This document shows positions 29,183 through 39,414 of a stretch of 64,000 nt of DNA, piece by piece. A program made the translations under genes and the position numbers. Location of the stretch: assembly GCA_019057385.1 (NCBI GenBank), contig JAHQJS010000004.1:224001-288000 (forward strand). The letters are read 5' to 3'. The notes under the pieces are model-generated. The model was not told the DNA's origin and made no database searches. It saw nothing but the letters and a program-made list of their open reading frames with translations. Origin of the DNA: Candidatus Borrarchaeum weybense. Its GTDB lineage: Archaea > Asgardarchaeota > Sifarchaeia > Borrarchaeales > Borrarchaeaceae. Each line of letters opens with the position of its first letter. The first letter of the stretch is position 1.

Positions 29183-30262
29183 ATGCTGGACATATTAAAC
29201 GAACTGAAAGAAAAACTTCTCTTTTTTTTGAATAAGATGAAGGGGAAAAACGGATTTTACAAATATTCGCTCTCTGGAGATTTATACGATGAAAACGTAC
29301 ATTGGGGGCTTGGAAACTCCGTTTTTGCTTTAAAGATATATTATATGATTGATGCACTCAAACAAATCGACATAGATGCGATTTATGACTTCATTGTTTC
29401 ATTTCAAAAATCAAATGGTTACTTTTACGATGATTATCTACATAGAAGAACACTTTCATGGGGAAGGATTTTTCGCTCATTAAAAAAACTTCGCTTACGA
29501 AATTTACTCAGAGGAAATGAAAAAAGGGCTGAAACTAGACAATCCTTTTCCACACTTTTTATGATTAATAAAAAACCACCTATTCCTTTTCGGAATTTTC
29601 CAAAATCAAAGAAATCTATAGATAAATATCTCTCTTCCTTAAATTGGAATATGCCATGGAACGCAGGCAGTCATTTTAGTCATTTAGTTTTCTTTTTATT
29701 TAATATGAAGAAATTTTACCCGAACCTTTTTGATTATGATGTTGACAAACTGACCAATCATGTCCTAGAATGGTTAAATAGGCGGCTTCAAAGGAATGAT
29801 GGAAGTTGGTATATAGGAAATACGACATTGAGCCAAAAGATTAATGGTGCTATGAAAATAATTACAGGATTAAATATAATGGGCGAGCCAATTAATAATC
29901 CAGAGAAACTCATAGATTTGGCTTTAAATGCGATAAACAATAGACAAGCATGCGATAATTTTAACATCGTCTATGTTCTGTATAACTGCGCAAAAACGCT
30001 CAATTTCTCCTATAGACAGCATGAAATTGAAGAATTTTTCAAGGAAAGGTTAGAAATCTACCGCCAGTATTATTATGAAGATATTGGTGGATTTTCTTTT
30101 TATCCAAATAGATCAGATAGTAGTTATTACGGAGTAAAAATAACAAAAGGATTTAATGAACCTGATATTCATGGAACTGTAATGTTTACATGGGGGATAG
30201 GTTTCATCTTAGAAGCTTTAGGCATAAATAAAGAAATAGGTCTGAAATCATTCGAACCATAA
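29183..30262 (+). CDS. Hypothetical protein, probable alpha/alpha-toroid (prenyltransferase/squalene-cyclase-like) fold
   Basis: QW-like repeats SFQKSNGYF, RLQRNDGSW and DIGGFSFYP; also AETRQ, PWNAGSH, ACDNFN and DIHGT. Function unknown. Confidence 0.55.
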   Translation: MLDILNELKEKLLFFLNKMKGKNGFYKYSLSGDLYDENVHWGLGNSVFALKIYYMIDALKQIDIDAIYDFIVSFQKSNGYFYDDYLHRRTLSWGRIFRSLKKLRLRNLLRGNEKRAETRQSFSTLFMINKKPPIPFRNFPKSKKSIDKYLSSLNWNMPWNAGSHFSHLVFFLFNMKKFYPNLFDYDVDKLTNHVLEWLNRRLQRNDGSWYIGNTTLSQKINGAMKIITGLNIMGEPINNPEKLIDLALNAINNRQACDNFNIVYVLYNCAKTLNFSYRQHEIEEFFKERLEIYRQYYYEDIGGFSFYPNRSDSSYYGVKITKGFNEPDIHGTVMFTWGIGFILEALGINKEIGLKSFEP

Positions 30263-30376
30263 GATTTTTGTTTAAAAATAAGGAATGAATTCTTACTCGA
30301 ATTAAAACTTTACAAATGAACCTGCTGGTTAAAGAAAGCATCCTGACCTGTAAGATATGAGCAATAGTTAACATGA

Positions 30377-32410
30377 GTGAAAGATATGTATAAAGTGTTT
30401 TTAACAGGCGGCGAACCAATTAATTGGGCAACTGATGATGACCTCAATCTCTTACGCAAATGTTTATCACCGTTCTGTGAATTTACCAATCTTCAAAATT
30501 GTGATGTTATTCATTCAGTGAACTGGTATTGGCTAAGAGATATTGATCCTAAATATCTTGCGGAGAAATATGTAATCGCACACATCCCGCATGACGTTAG
30601 ACATATGCTAATGCGTTCAGAATATCATAGGATACTGCCGTTTGTGGACAAATGGATTGTGATGTCCAAAAGGGCTAAGAAAATGCTTAAAGGTATAGGT
30701 TGTGAGGCGAATTATGTACCATATACTGTTGACTTGGAGATATTTCACAAAATAAATGGACGAGACGAAAATTTAGATGAATTTCGAAGGAAATATAGTA
30801 TACCTAATGATAAATATCTCATAGGGAGTTTCCAAAGGGATACTAAAGCTAAAGATCTTAAAACACCTAAATATATGAAAGGACCTGATGTTTTTTTTGA
30901 GATAATCAAAAAACTCTATCAACAGAAAACAGATATTTGTGTAATATTAGCTGGACCGCGAAGGTTTTGGCTTATCAATCAATTTTTAAAATATTCAATT
31001 CCTTTTGTCTATATCGGAGAGAGGCTAAAGGAACTGAAAGATGATATCTTTATTAATAATCTTCCACAAGAAACCATCAATTATCTCTATAATATAATTG
31101 ATCTTTATCTGGTAACCAGTCGCATAGAAGGTGGACCAAAAGCCCTGACAGAATGCGCTGCAACTAAATGCAAGATACTTAGTACAAATGTTGGTCACGC
31201 TGCTGATATTTTGGAAACAGAAACTATCTACTTTGATCCAATAGAAGGAATCGACCTAATAGTCAACGATATTGAAAATAATAGTTTGTTAAAGTTCATT
31301 GAACCTAATTATAGAAAAATATTAGAAGAACACACCCTGGAGAAAGTGAAGGGATATTGGGAGCGCATTTATCGTGAATTGACTAGCAGAAATGTACGAA
31401 CAAAAACTGTTGGTAGACAGAAAGTTGAAGAAACAACTGAAATACCCTTTTTCGATCGTTTACATAATAAGTTTAGAAAACTTGGATTCATCACAATTTT
31501 ACATACTTTTCATAAGCCACCTTGGGGTGGTGGCAATCAATTTCTAATTGCTTTGAAGAAAGCAATGCAAGCTAAGGGATGGAAAATCTCCACCAAACTG
31601 AGAAGCAATAATAAGATTTGTCTATTTAATTCTTTTTTATTTGATATGAACATCTTAAAGGATTCTGGAGTAAATTATAACCGTATCTGCATGATAAATA
31701 GAGTGGATGGACCCACATTTTTAGTGAGGGGTAAGGATAAAGACATAGATGATGCGATATTTAAACTTAATGAGATGGTAGCTGATTTTACTGTATTCCA
31801 ATCTTATTGGAGTTATCAAAAAACTATTGAAATGGGGTATACTCCAAAAAGACCCATAGTCATTCCAAATGCAGTAGATCCAACAATTTTTCACAGTAAA
31901 GGACGAATTCCATTTTCTTCAGACAGAAAGATCCGCTTAATCTCTACAAGCTGGTCACGTAATCCACGCAAAGGATTCGAGGTATATAAATGGATTGAAG
32001 AAAACCTAGATTGGAGTAGATTCGAATATACTTTTGCTGGTAATACTCCCTTTGAATTTGAAAATATTTGTCATATTCGTCCTCAGCCTTCAAAAGCACT
32101 GGGAAGCATATTGCGTAATCATGACATCTACATTACTGCTAGTAAGAATGATCCTTGTTCAAATGCCCTTATTGAAGCTTTAGCATGTGGCTTACCCTCA
32201 CTTTATCTGAATGAAGGAGGTCATCCTGAGATAGTAGGATATGGAGGACTTGGATTTAACAAAAAGGAAGAGATTCTGCCGTTATTAAATCGCTTAGTGA
32301 AGAATTATGAGTTATATCAAAACCTAATTTCAATTCCTACTCTGGATGAAATAACAGAGAAATATCTATCACTTTATAAAGTGTGGAAGACCTTGAAGAA
32401 CGTCAATTAA
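30377..32410 (+). CDS. Tandem double GT4-like glycosyltransferase
   Basis: Module 1: GSFQRD, KGPD, SRIEGGPKALTE. Module 2: PPWGGGNQF, IPNAVD, SKNDPCSNALIEAL. Confidence 0.85.
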   Translation: MKDMYKVFLTGGEPINWATDDDLNLLRKCLSPFCEFTNLQNCDVIHSVNWYWLRDIDPKYLAEKYVIAHIPHDVRHMLMRSEYHRILPFVDKWIVMSKRAKKMLKGIGCEANYVPYTVDLEIFHKINGRDENLDEFRRKYSIPNDKYLIGSFQRDTKAKDLKTPKYMKGPDVFFEIIKKLYQQKTDICVILAGPRRFWLINQFLKYSIPFVYIGERLKELKDDIFINNLPQETINYLYNIIDLYLVTSRIEGGPKALTECAATKCKILSTNVGHAADILETETIYFDPIEGIDLIVNDIENNSLLKFIEPNYRKILEEHTLEKVKGYWERIYRELTSRNVRTKTVGRQKVEETTEIPFFDRLHNKFRKLGFITILHTFHKPPWGGGNQFLIALKKAMQAKGWKISTKLRSNNKICLFNSFLFDMNILKDSGVNYNRICMINRVDGPTFLVRGKDKDIDDAIFKLNEMVADFTVFQSYWSYQKTIEMGYTPKRPIVIPNAVDPTIFHSKGRIPFSSDRKIRLISTSWSRNPRKGFEVYKWIEENLDWSRFEYTFAGNTPFEFENICHIRPQPSKALGSILRNHDIYITASKNDPCSNALIEALACGLPSLYLNEGGHPEIVGYGGLGFNKKEEILPLLNRLVKNYELYQNLISIPTLDEITEKYLSLYKVWKTLKNVN

Positions 32411-32520
32411 CTTTAATGCTAGCTGCAATAAAAGATAATAGCTTTCAGTATTGTTTATTAAAGGCTTTTAAAACTCTTGAGTGAGACTGAAAAGATCAAG
32501 TCCAAAAAGGGAGCAGACAA

Positions 32521-33633
32521 ATGAAGTTATTGATGATTGGATTTGATGGACTGGAGCCTTCCATGATCACCAAATTTCCAACATTTAGAAAATTTCGAAA
32601 GAAAATCCACCTGTTACGTACTGTGCCAAGTACAATGACTGAGGAGGCGTGGGGCGCGATGTATACAGGCAGATCTCCTTCAGAGATCAACGTTATCGCC
32701 CTGTCTCGCGATCCAGATAGAGTTTCAACGTTAAAAGGGATCGGTGCACAGACAATATTTGAGGCTTTAGGAGAAGCAGGATTACAAATTGGATGTATTG
32801 GGATGCCAATGACGTTCCCTGTTAAAAATATCGATGCTTTCATGGTTGCCGGTTTTCCGATTACGGCTCCTCAATATCGGGATGATGATGAGTATTTCTA
32901 CCCGCCTTCTATCAAAGAAATCGTCTTATCAACCTATTGTGCGTACTTATGGGCTAATGAGAAAATACCTCCGCGTAAAGAAGCTGTAACATTTGAAGCG
33001 ATTGAGCATTCAATTGAAAGAGAATTGGAAAAAATAACTTGTATTCGCCAAATATTGAAGGAACTTGATTATTCCGATTTGGATTTCTTAGCAATTGGTT
33101 TTTCTTTTACCGATATTGCGGCTCATTGCCGCAGAATTTTTCCCATTGATCAAACTTATAAAGCAGCAGACAAGGCGCTAAAAGAGATTTTTAAGTTCTT
33201 TGAATTCGATAATTTGCTAATCGTCAGTGATCACGGATTAGCTATGGTGCCTTGGAGAGGAGAACCATTTAGAGAAAACCCTGAAACTACACATCGCCGG
33301 TATGGGACATTGATTTGTGTAGGAAAGGATATTGAACTCGCACTAAAACGAATCAAAAACAGAAGATATCTACAGTTTATCAGGAAAATGCGAAGCCGTC
33401 CAATTTCGTTCATATTAAAACTTATCCGAAAACTAAAGCGTGCATGGAAATTTAGAGAATATGGGATATTGTTTTATCTACTTAATTCTTTCGATATCAC
33501 TGATGTGTATAGTCTTATAACCCACGTCTACGGACTCCCACAGGAATCAAAACTTGTGAAGCAAGAAGGTGAATACACTGAGGATGAACTCCGGTCAATC
33601 AAGAATCAGCTGGAACTCTTGGGATATATGTGA
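32521..33633 (+). CDS. Alkaline phosphatase superfamily protein (nucleotide pyrophosphatase/phosphodiesterase or sulfatase-like)
   Basis: IGFDGL, TVPSTMTEEAWGAMYTG, DIAAH, VSDHG and C-terminal QLELLGYM. Confidence 0.82.
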   Translation: MKLLMIGFDGLEPSMITKFPTFRKFRKKIHLLRTVPSTMTEEAWGAMYTGRSPSEINVIALSRDPDRVSTLKGIGAQTIFEALGEAGLQIGCIGMPMTFPVKNIDAFMVAGFPITAPQYRDDDEYFYPPSIKEIVLSTYCAYLWANEKIPPRKEAVTFEAIEHSIERELEKITCIRQILKELDYSDLDFLAIGFSFTDIAAHCRRIFPIDQTYKAADKALKEIFKFFEFDNLLIVSDHGLAMVPWRGEPFRENPETTHRRYGTLICVGKDIELALKRIKNRRYLQFIRKMRSRPISFILKLIRKLKRAWKFREYGILFYLLNSFDITDVYSLITHVYGLPQESKLVKQEGEYTEDELRSIKNQLELLGYM

Positions 33634-33748
33634 ACTTTGAACAAGCGCACTAGTGATCAATTTTTATTAAAATATCCTCTAATTAAAAGAACGAGCAAAT
33701 TAAATTCTTGAAATGTTATTTAAGTGAGGCTAGATTGATCTGAGTGGT

Positions 33749-34804
33749 TTGATTATGATCAATGAACCGATTATTAGTGTAGTAACGGCAGTTTATAACA
33801 GCGAAAAATATGTTCGTGAAGCTGTAGACAGCATTCTCAATCAGACTTTTAGAAATTTCGAGTTTATTATCATAAATGATGGATCTACCGATAAAACACA
33901 AGAAATTCTTGAGTCTTACAATGACCCACGCATTGTTCTGACTCATCAAAAACATATGGGGCTTACAAAATCATTAAACAAAGGAATCGCTCTAGCAAAG
34001 GGAAAATACATTGCACGACAAGATGCTGATGATATATCACTGCTGGATAGGCTCGAAAAGCAAATCGAATTTTTGGAACTTCACAAGGATATTGCACTCC
34101 TTGGTACTGCAGCTAAAATCATAGATATCAGAGGCTTTTATCTAAAAACAATCAAATACCCAATAGACCACTCTTCTCTAAGGATCGCTATTAAACATTC
34201 TAATCACTTTTGGCATGGTTCGGTGATGTTCAGAAGGCAAAGCTTTTTTGAATTAGGAGGATATCGAGAAATACTCTTTACAGCACAAGATTACGACCTA
34301 TGGTTGAGGTTTGTGGAGAAATTCAAGGTTGCAAATCTATCAGATCCTCTCTACAAATATCGTCTTAACTATCTTTCACTTTCCTTCAAAAAAATTGTTT
34401 ATCAAAGGAGAATGGCAATATTTGCAAGAGAATTGGCTCGTGCAAGAAAAGAAGGGATTGAAGAGAAGTTGATCATCAATGTATTGGAGAATTTCTTGAA
34501 ACTACCCTTGAGCGTAGCTGAAAAGAGAGAACTCATTCAAATTTACAACCCATGGGGTCGATTGTTATTGAGACATAAAAAGAAAAACCAAGCCTTTTTA
34601 TTGATGAATGAGATTTTTGAATATCATCCTTCTAGTCTATTTAAATTACTTTTTAAAATCACAAAAACGTTCAAGTCAGCATTCTTTCTTGAGGTGCTTA
34701 TAAGAATGTGGTTCTTCCTTGAGAAACTTAGAGGATTAAGAAAAACGTCACAATATTTTGAATACACTACTGTCCCTCTACTCCCGCTAGATTTTTCTTA
34801 TTAG
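33749..34804 (+). CDS. GT2 glycosyltransferase
   Basis: ISVVTAVYN, INDGSTD, ARQDADD, QDYDLWLR. Confidence 0.93.
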   Translation: MIMINEPIISVVTAVYNSEKYVREAVDSILNQTFRNFEFIIINDGSTDKTQEILESYNDPRIVLTHQKHMGLTKSLNKGIALAKGKYIARQDADDISLLDRLEKQIEFLELHKDIALLGTAAKIIDIRGFYLKTIKYPIDHSSLRIAIKHSNHFWHGSVMFRRQSFFELGGYREILFTAQDYDLWLRFVEKFKVANLSDPLYKYRLNYLSLSFKKIVYQRRMAIFARELARARKEGIEEKLIINVLENFLKLPLSVAEKRELIQIYNPWGRLLLRHKKKNQAFLLMNEIFEYHPSSLFKLLFKITKTFKSAFFLEVLIRMWFFLEKLRGLRKTSQYFEYTTVPLLPLDFSY

Positions 34805-34833
34805 CATCTGTCAGTTTTAATCTACTTTCCAAA

Positions 34834-37023
34834 TTATCTGAACCATTGCTTTAGTCTTACTATCGCTCTAAACGAGAGATATGCAGCAGCATTCAATAGA
34901 AGAAAGATCGCTGCAAGCGCTATTCCGAAAAAGAGACCTGGAATTGCACTATTTATAAGCGTATAGGGATTCATCTCACCAAGGCGCATTAATCCTCTTG
35001 CTAACACTGGAATCATAATTATATACACAGGCGTGCGTAACCTTCTTGAGAGTTTCCTGGTTATCGTTAATGGAACCACAGAAGCGAAGAAGAGCATTAT
35101 GCCACGTGAGTAATTCCCTAATTCTAAGAACTCAGAGAATGTAAGAAGAAACAGTGATATGTCTGCAGCCAATATTCGAGGGGCTCCGGTTACGGGGCCA
35201 ATGCCCGATGTAACAAAAACCACTGCCAATCCTATAATGAATGGACCAAAATAGGGGGATACCGTAAGTACACCTATCCCTCCTAATAGGCAAACAAAAA
35301 GTGTGAAATCGAGTTTTATGATATTGTTGTTGTGATTAATTAGGATTATTGTAACTATTCCTAAGGCGCTGAATGCAGCACGCAAAAGATTGCCTCCTCC
35401 AAAAGAAGGAAACGGTGGAGGAAGGCTTGGAAGGTATCCAACCAAAGTCATTGGATATCCGTCAACAACTCCTGATGCACCATGAACTGCAGGAAGGACT
35501 GTTAATAACTTGCCTACAGAAAAGAGAGAAATCATACTAAAAGAAAATACCGCGAAAGTTGATAAAATCGCTTGTAAAAACACTTCAGTCATTGATTTTG
35601 TAGATGGAGGTGTCGCGGCTGCAGTTACTACCATTCCAGCAGCATAGAAATGTAACAGGGATAGAAATGCAATAATGGAGCAGGTTTCTATAAATAGTTC
35701 AGAAGATGGTTCATATAACCGATGAAGTTTTTGTCTCTGTTTGTATATACTTCCAACATGTCCATTTACACTGTTCAATGGAATTATCCTTAAATTATCG
35801 CCCCTTCCAGCATTGAATTCTTTAAGTATCGCTGATGCAAGTGGAGTGCCTTGCTGTTCCTCTAATATTATTAATCTTACACCTGATTCAGAAGATACAA
35901 TGATATCATCTACGATATATTGCGCTGGATTTGGATGATATCCTACGATGAAGATATCAATTTGTTTCACATCTCGTAATTGATTTAATCGTTTTTGAAC
36001 TGACCAATAGTGAAATATCTTCGCATGTGGATATTTAACGTGAATATTATCGGATATTTCGTTAAAATTGTCTGCGATGACAACAATTGTTGCATCTGGA
36101 TTGGGTCCTACTGATATTGATAATGAAACCATTAGCATAGTTGTAAATATATAGAACGCAATAGCAAAGCGCATAGGCTGAATCTGACGAATCATGTAAT
36201 TGCATTTTTTATAAATGCCTGATCGGGTGATTTTCCTTATACTTCGTTGGAAATATCTTTGTGTAGTTGATATATACATAAATGGGATGATCAGGAAGGC
36301 TGGAATTGAGAGAAGCGTCGAATAAATCTTCAATCTCTTGGGTTGATAGGCAATATGTAGATAAAGCCCACTGTTCACTCTCACGGTAAGTTCGCGTTCA
36401 GTATATCTGATAGTAGAATCTTCCCTTACTCCCCAGGGAAATCCATACAAAAATTCGGCATCAATTGGCAGTATAAACGACATGTAGTATTGGACATCAT
36501 AGGAAAGATTGTTAATTCTAATAAATCCAATCGTTGATTCCGCATAGTAGATTTTCATATAATTCCGATACATTATCGAAAGTAAGTTTTGTTCTTCGTA
36601 TTCTACAGAGATTTTGGCATAGCCTGTCGTTCTCGGGATATTAAATTCTATCACGTTATGACCCCAAACGTCTTGGCCATACTTATACGAAATGAATGAT
36701 GGATTTCGAATTGCTTTTACTTCTCCAAAGTAGGGAACTGAGAGAACAGGGTTTGTTTCAGGATGTTTTATGATGAATATTTCTGCATCAATGACGGTAG
36801 AGGACGTTGGTTCGCCATATACTGCAAACTGATCGCTTAGATAAAACGTCTGAGTTATAAATGCAGTATTTTTCGTAATATCTGGCACTTGGTTTTTTGA
36901 ATCTGCGGGGACAAGTGTTGTATTATTAACGTGAGAAATAGAAGTCGCGCTGCTATATGACGATAAAACGAATAATGTAGAAATTATAATGACCAATAAT
37001 ATGAAAATTCGCCGTTGTTTCAT
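34834..37023 (-). CDS. Hypothetical membrane protein: signal peptide, two soluble domains and a C-terminal multi-TM region
   Basis: 729-aa ORF with an N-terminal MKQRR plus hydrophobic signal, NxT/S sequons, and a VHG...FGGG..LR loop in the TM region. Confidence 0.7.
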   Translation of the reverse strand: MKQRRIFILLVIIISTLFVLSSYSSATSISHVNNTTLVPADSKNQVPDITKNTAFITQTFYLSDQFAVYGEPTSSTVIDAEIFIIKHPETNPVLSVPYFGEVKAIRNPSFISYKYGQDVWGHNVIEFNIPRTTGYAKISVEYEEQNLLSIMYRNYMKIYYAESTIGFIRINNLSYDVQYYMSFILPIDAEFLYGFPWGVREDSTIRYTERELTVRVNSGLYLHIAYQPKRLKIYSTLLSIPAFLIIPFMYISTTQRYFQRSIRKITRSGIYKKCNYMIRQIQPMRFAIAFYIFTTMLMVSLSISVGPNPDATIVVIADNFNEISDNIHVKYPHAKIFHYWSVQKRLNQLRDVKQIDIFIVGYHPNPAQYIVDDIIVSSESGVRLIILEEQQGTPLASAILKEFNAGRGDNLRIIPLNSVNGHVGSIYKQRQKLHRLYEPSSELFIETCSIIAFLSLLHFYAAGMVVTAAATPPSTKSMTEVFLQAILSTFAVFSFSMISLFSVGKLLTVLPAVHGASGVVDGYPMTLVGYLPSLPPPFPSFGGGNLLRAAFSALGIVTIILINHNNNIIKLDFTLFVCLLGGIGVLTVSPYFGPFIIGLAVVFVTSGIGPVTGAPRILAADISLFLLTFSEFLELGNYSRGIMLFFASVVPLTITRKLSRRLRTPVYIIMIPVLARGLMRLGEMNPYTLINSAIPGLFFGIALAAIFLLLNAAAYLSFRAIVRLKQWFR

Positions 37024-37071
37024 TCTAACGCCTATTAACTTACTTTCATTTTTTTTTAAGTCTTCTGATTA

Positions 37072-38226
37072 TTACTTTAATTCCAAATAAATCTTTTCAA
37101 GTTGTGCTGCTAATTCTTCGTATGTATATTGTCTTGCTTTTTTTCTTCCTGCGTTTCCAAGTGCTTTACTTAATTCTGGGGTAAGAAGAATTTGTTTTAT
37201 TTTAGAGGCTAATTCCCCATAATCTCCATATTTTACTAAAAATCCTTCTTTTTTGTCAGTCACTACATTTGGAATGCTTCCAGCATTTGTAGCAACAATA
37301 GGCTTTCCTTGAGCCATCGCTTCAACTAAAACTTGACCAAATCCTTCGTATCCACTAGGTAAAACAAAAACATCACACGAAGCATAAGCCTGCATTTTTT
37401 CTTTAATATTGTAGATCGGATCAAAGATATGTACATAATCTTCTACATGAAGTTTTTTACTTAGATTTTCAAGAATTTTTTTGTAGTTAACTTGGTCTGG
37501 TCCTATAATAACAAATTTTGCATCTGGTATATCCTTAATAATATTTGGAACTGCTTTTATTAGGACTTGTGGACCTTTCATCGGATGAAGCCTGCCTAAG
37601 TATAATATAATAGGTCCATCAATTCCATATCTCTTCTTGAAAATATCGCCATTATATTCTTCAAGACTTTCTGATCGTATCCCTGAGGGTGTAATCCTTA
37701 TTTGGTCCTTTTTGGCACCCATTTTTAGAATCGGATCTATTAAAAGACTGGTTCGAATTAAAAGCCTGTCATAACGCCTTAAAACCATTCGCGAAAAATA
37801 CTTATCAAAAAGCGCTAATGGAATATACTTAACTGGGCGTCGTGGTACAAGATGATGAATATCATAAATCATTAGGACTGTTCTTATATCTTTTAATAGG
37901 TTTAATAAGGGTACAAGCATCGCATGCGTCGTTATATAGTCGTATACATGGATTACATCGAATTTCTCTCTCAAAATTCGAAATAGAAGTGTTGGCCAAA
38001 ACTTTAGCCGATAACTAATATCAAGTAGGATTGGCAGCCGATGAATGTGTATTCCTTCGAAGATTTCTTCCGAAGGCCCTAATGATTTCCCATCTTTAGC
38101 ATTTACTGTAAAAATGTGAACCTCATGACCTCTTTTGACTAACTCTTTCGAAATATTACGTATATACCACTCTATGCCGCCTATCATTGCAGGATAAAAA
38201 TATACGCTCACTTGCGCGATTTTCAT
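37072..38226 (-). CDS. GT4 glycosyltransferase
   Basis: MKIAQV, YPAMIGGIE, GRLHPMKG, PSGYEGFGQVLVEAMA. Confidence 0.94.
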   Translation of the reverse strand: MKIAQVSVYFYPAMIGGIEWYIRNISKELVKRGHEVHIFTVNAKDGKSLGPSEEIFEGIHIHRLPILLDISYRLKFWPTLLFRILREKFDVIHVYDYITTHAMLVPLLNLLKDIRTVLMIYDIHHLVPRRPVKYIPLALFDKYFSRMVLRRYDRLLIRTSLLIDPILKMGAKKDQIRITPSGIRSESLEEYNGDIFKKRYGIDGPIILYLGRLHPMKGPQVLIKAVPNIIKDIPDAKFVIIGPDQVNYKKILENLSKKLHVEDYVHIFDPIYNIKEKMQAYASCDVFVLPSGYEGFGQVLVEAMAQGKPIVATNAGSIPNVVTDKKEGFLVKYGDYGELASKIKQILLTPELSKALGNAGRKKARQYTYEELAAQLEKIYLELK

Positions 38227-38354
38227 TTTCTATGAGATCCCTCATTAAATAAATTATATAGATTTAGTGGTATTGATGATGAACTATTTATCTTCTTAAG
38301 TGAAATTGATTACTCAATATTGATTATAATTATGTCTCGTAGTGGGATGATCCA

Positions 38355-39377
38355 TTGAATATCACGACATCTGATTCTAGTAATTCGCCTGTAAATGTTT
38401 CTGTGATATTATCATTCTATAATGATGAAAATTATGTTAAGGATTGTCTACAATCTCTAGTGATGCAAGACCTGAGTTCATTTGAAATCATTTGTTTATT
38501 TGACAAGGGAAGCACTGATCGAACTTATAAAGAGTTAAAGAAATTTGAATATGAACCTAGAATAATCATCTGTGAAATTGATCATGTTGATAGATCCACA
38601 GCAAGAAACATTGGGCTTTCGAGATCCAATGGCAGTATAGTAGTATTTTGTGAAACAGACGCGTTATATCGACCTGATTTTCTTTCAACGATATACAAAA
38701 CAATTAGCAAAGGTTATGATATGGTTCATCCGATTGGAGATGGTCTCAATGTAGCTAATAACCTTACTAGTTTGCTAGAGGCAGAGATATGGGCAAGAAA
38801 TAGAAAAATGAAAGAAGGCACAAATACGCCTCAATCTGCGTGGGTCTTTAAAAGGCATATACTTGAGGAAACTGGTGGGTTCAAACAAAGTGTAGAAATA
38901 GCTGAAGATAGAGAATTATGGGCTCGTGCATCTAAACTTGGTTATACAACTGCTATAACACCTCACGAAGTATGGAGTCATCGTCTTACAGATTCTTGGA
39001 TACAGTTTTTAAAACGCTCATTCAGACATGGCAGAGGGCGACAGGCATTCATAGACACTTACGGTTTATCAAAAAGAGACAAGATTCGGTTCTTTTTTAC
39101 ACTTTTTGGCACACTTTTTATTCCCTGCTTGATCTGGCTGCTTCAACGCTTTTTTGTATCATTAATCATTGGATTTACGTTAGCATTTGTACTATTCTAT
39201 TTTCTAATGACAATAAGAGCAAGATATCTTTTCAAAAACAAATTAGACTTGAGAGTTCTTGTTTTGTATCCCCTTTTAATGTTAATTCGCAACCTTTTTT
39301 TTAGTTATGGCTTATTAATTTCCGTTGTATCATTATACTTAACTCGTTTTTGGAGAACTATCAGAAAGATTAATTAG
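38355..39377 (+). CDS. GT2 glycosyltransferase with C-terminal TM helices
   Basis: VSVILSFYN, GSTD, ARNIG, variant DxD (CETD), AEDREL. Confidence 0.85.
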   Translation: MNITTSDSSNSPVNVSVILSFYNDENYVKDCLQSLVMQDLSSFEIICLFDKGSTDRTYKELKKFEYEPRIIICEIDHVDRSTARNIGLSRSNGSIVVFCETDALYRPDFLSTIYKTISKGYDMVHPIGDGLNVANNLTSLLEAEIWARNRKMKEGTNTPQSAWVFKRHILEETGGFKQSVEIAEDRELWARASKLGYTTAITPHEVWSHRLTDSWIQFLKRSFRHGRGRQAFIDTYGLSKRDKIRFFFTLFGTLFIPCLIWLLQRFFVSLIIGFTLAFVLFYFLMTIRARYLFKNKLDLRVLVLYPLLMLIRNLFFSYGLLISVVSLYLTRFWRTIRKIN

Positions 39378-39414
39378 TAAATTTACTATCCTCCAACAAT
39401 TTGAGGGATCTTTC

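Noticed and set aside
12769-33748. Integron-like cassette array suggested by co-oriented, singly spaced genes
   Set aside because: No repeated attC-like palindromes and no integrase were found; only short AT-rich matches such as GATAGACA.
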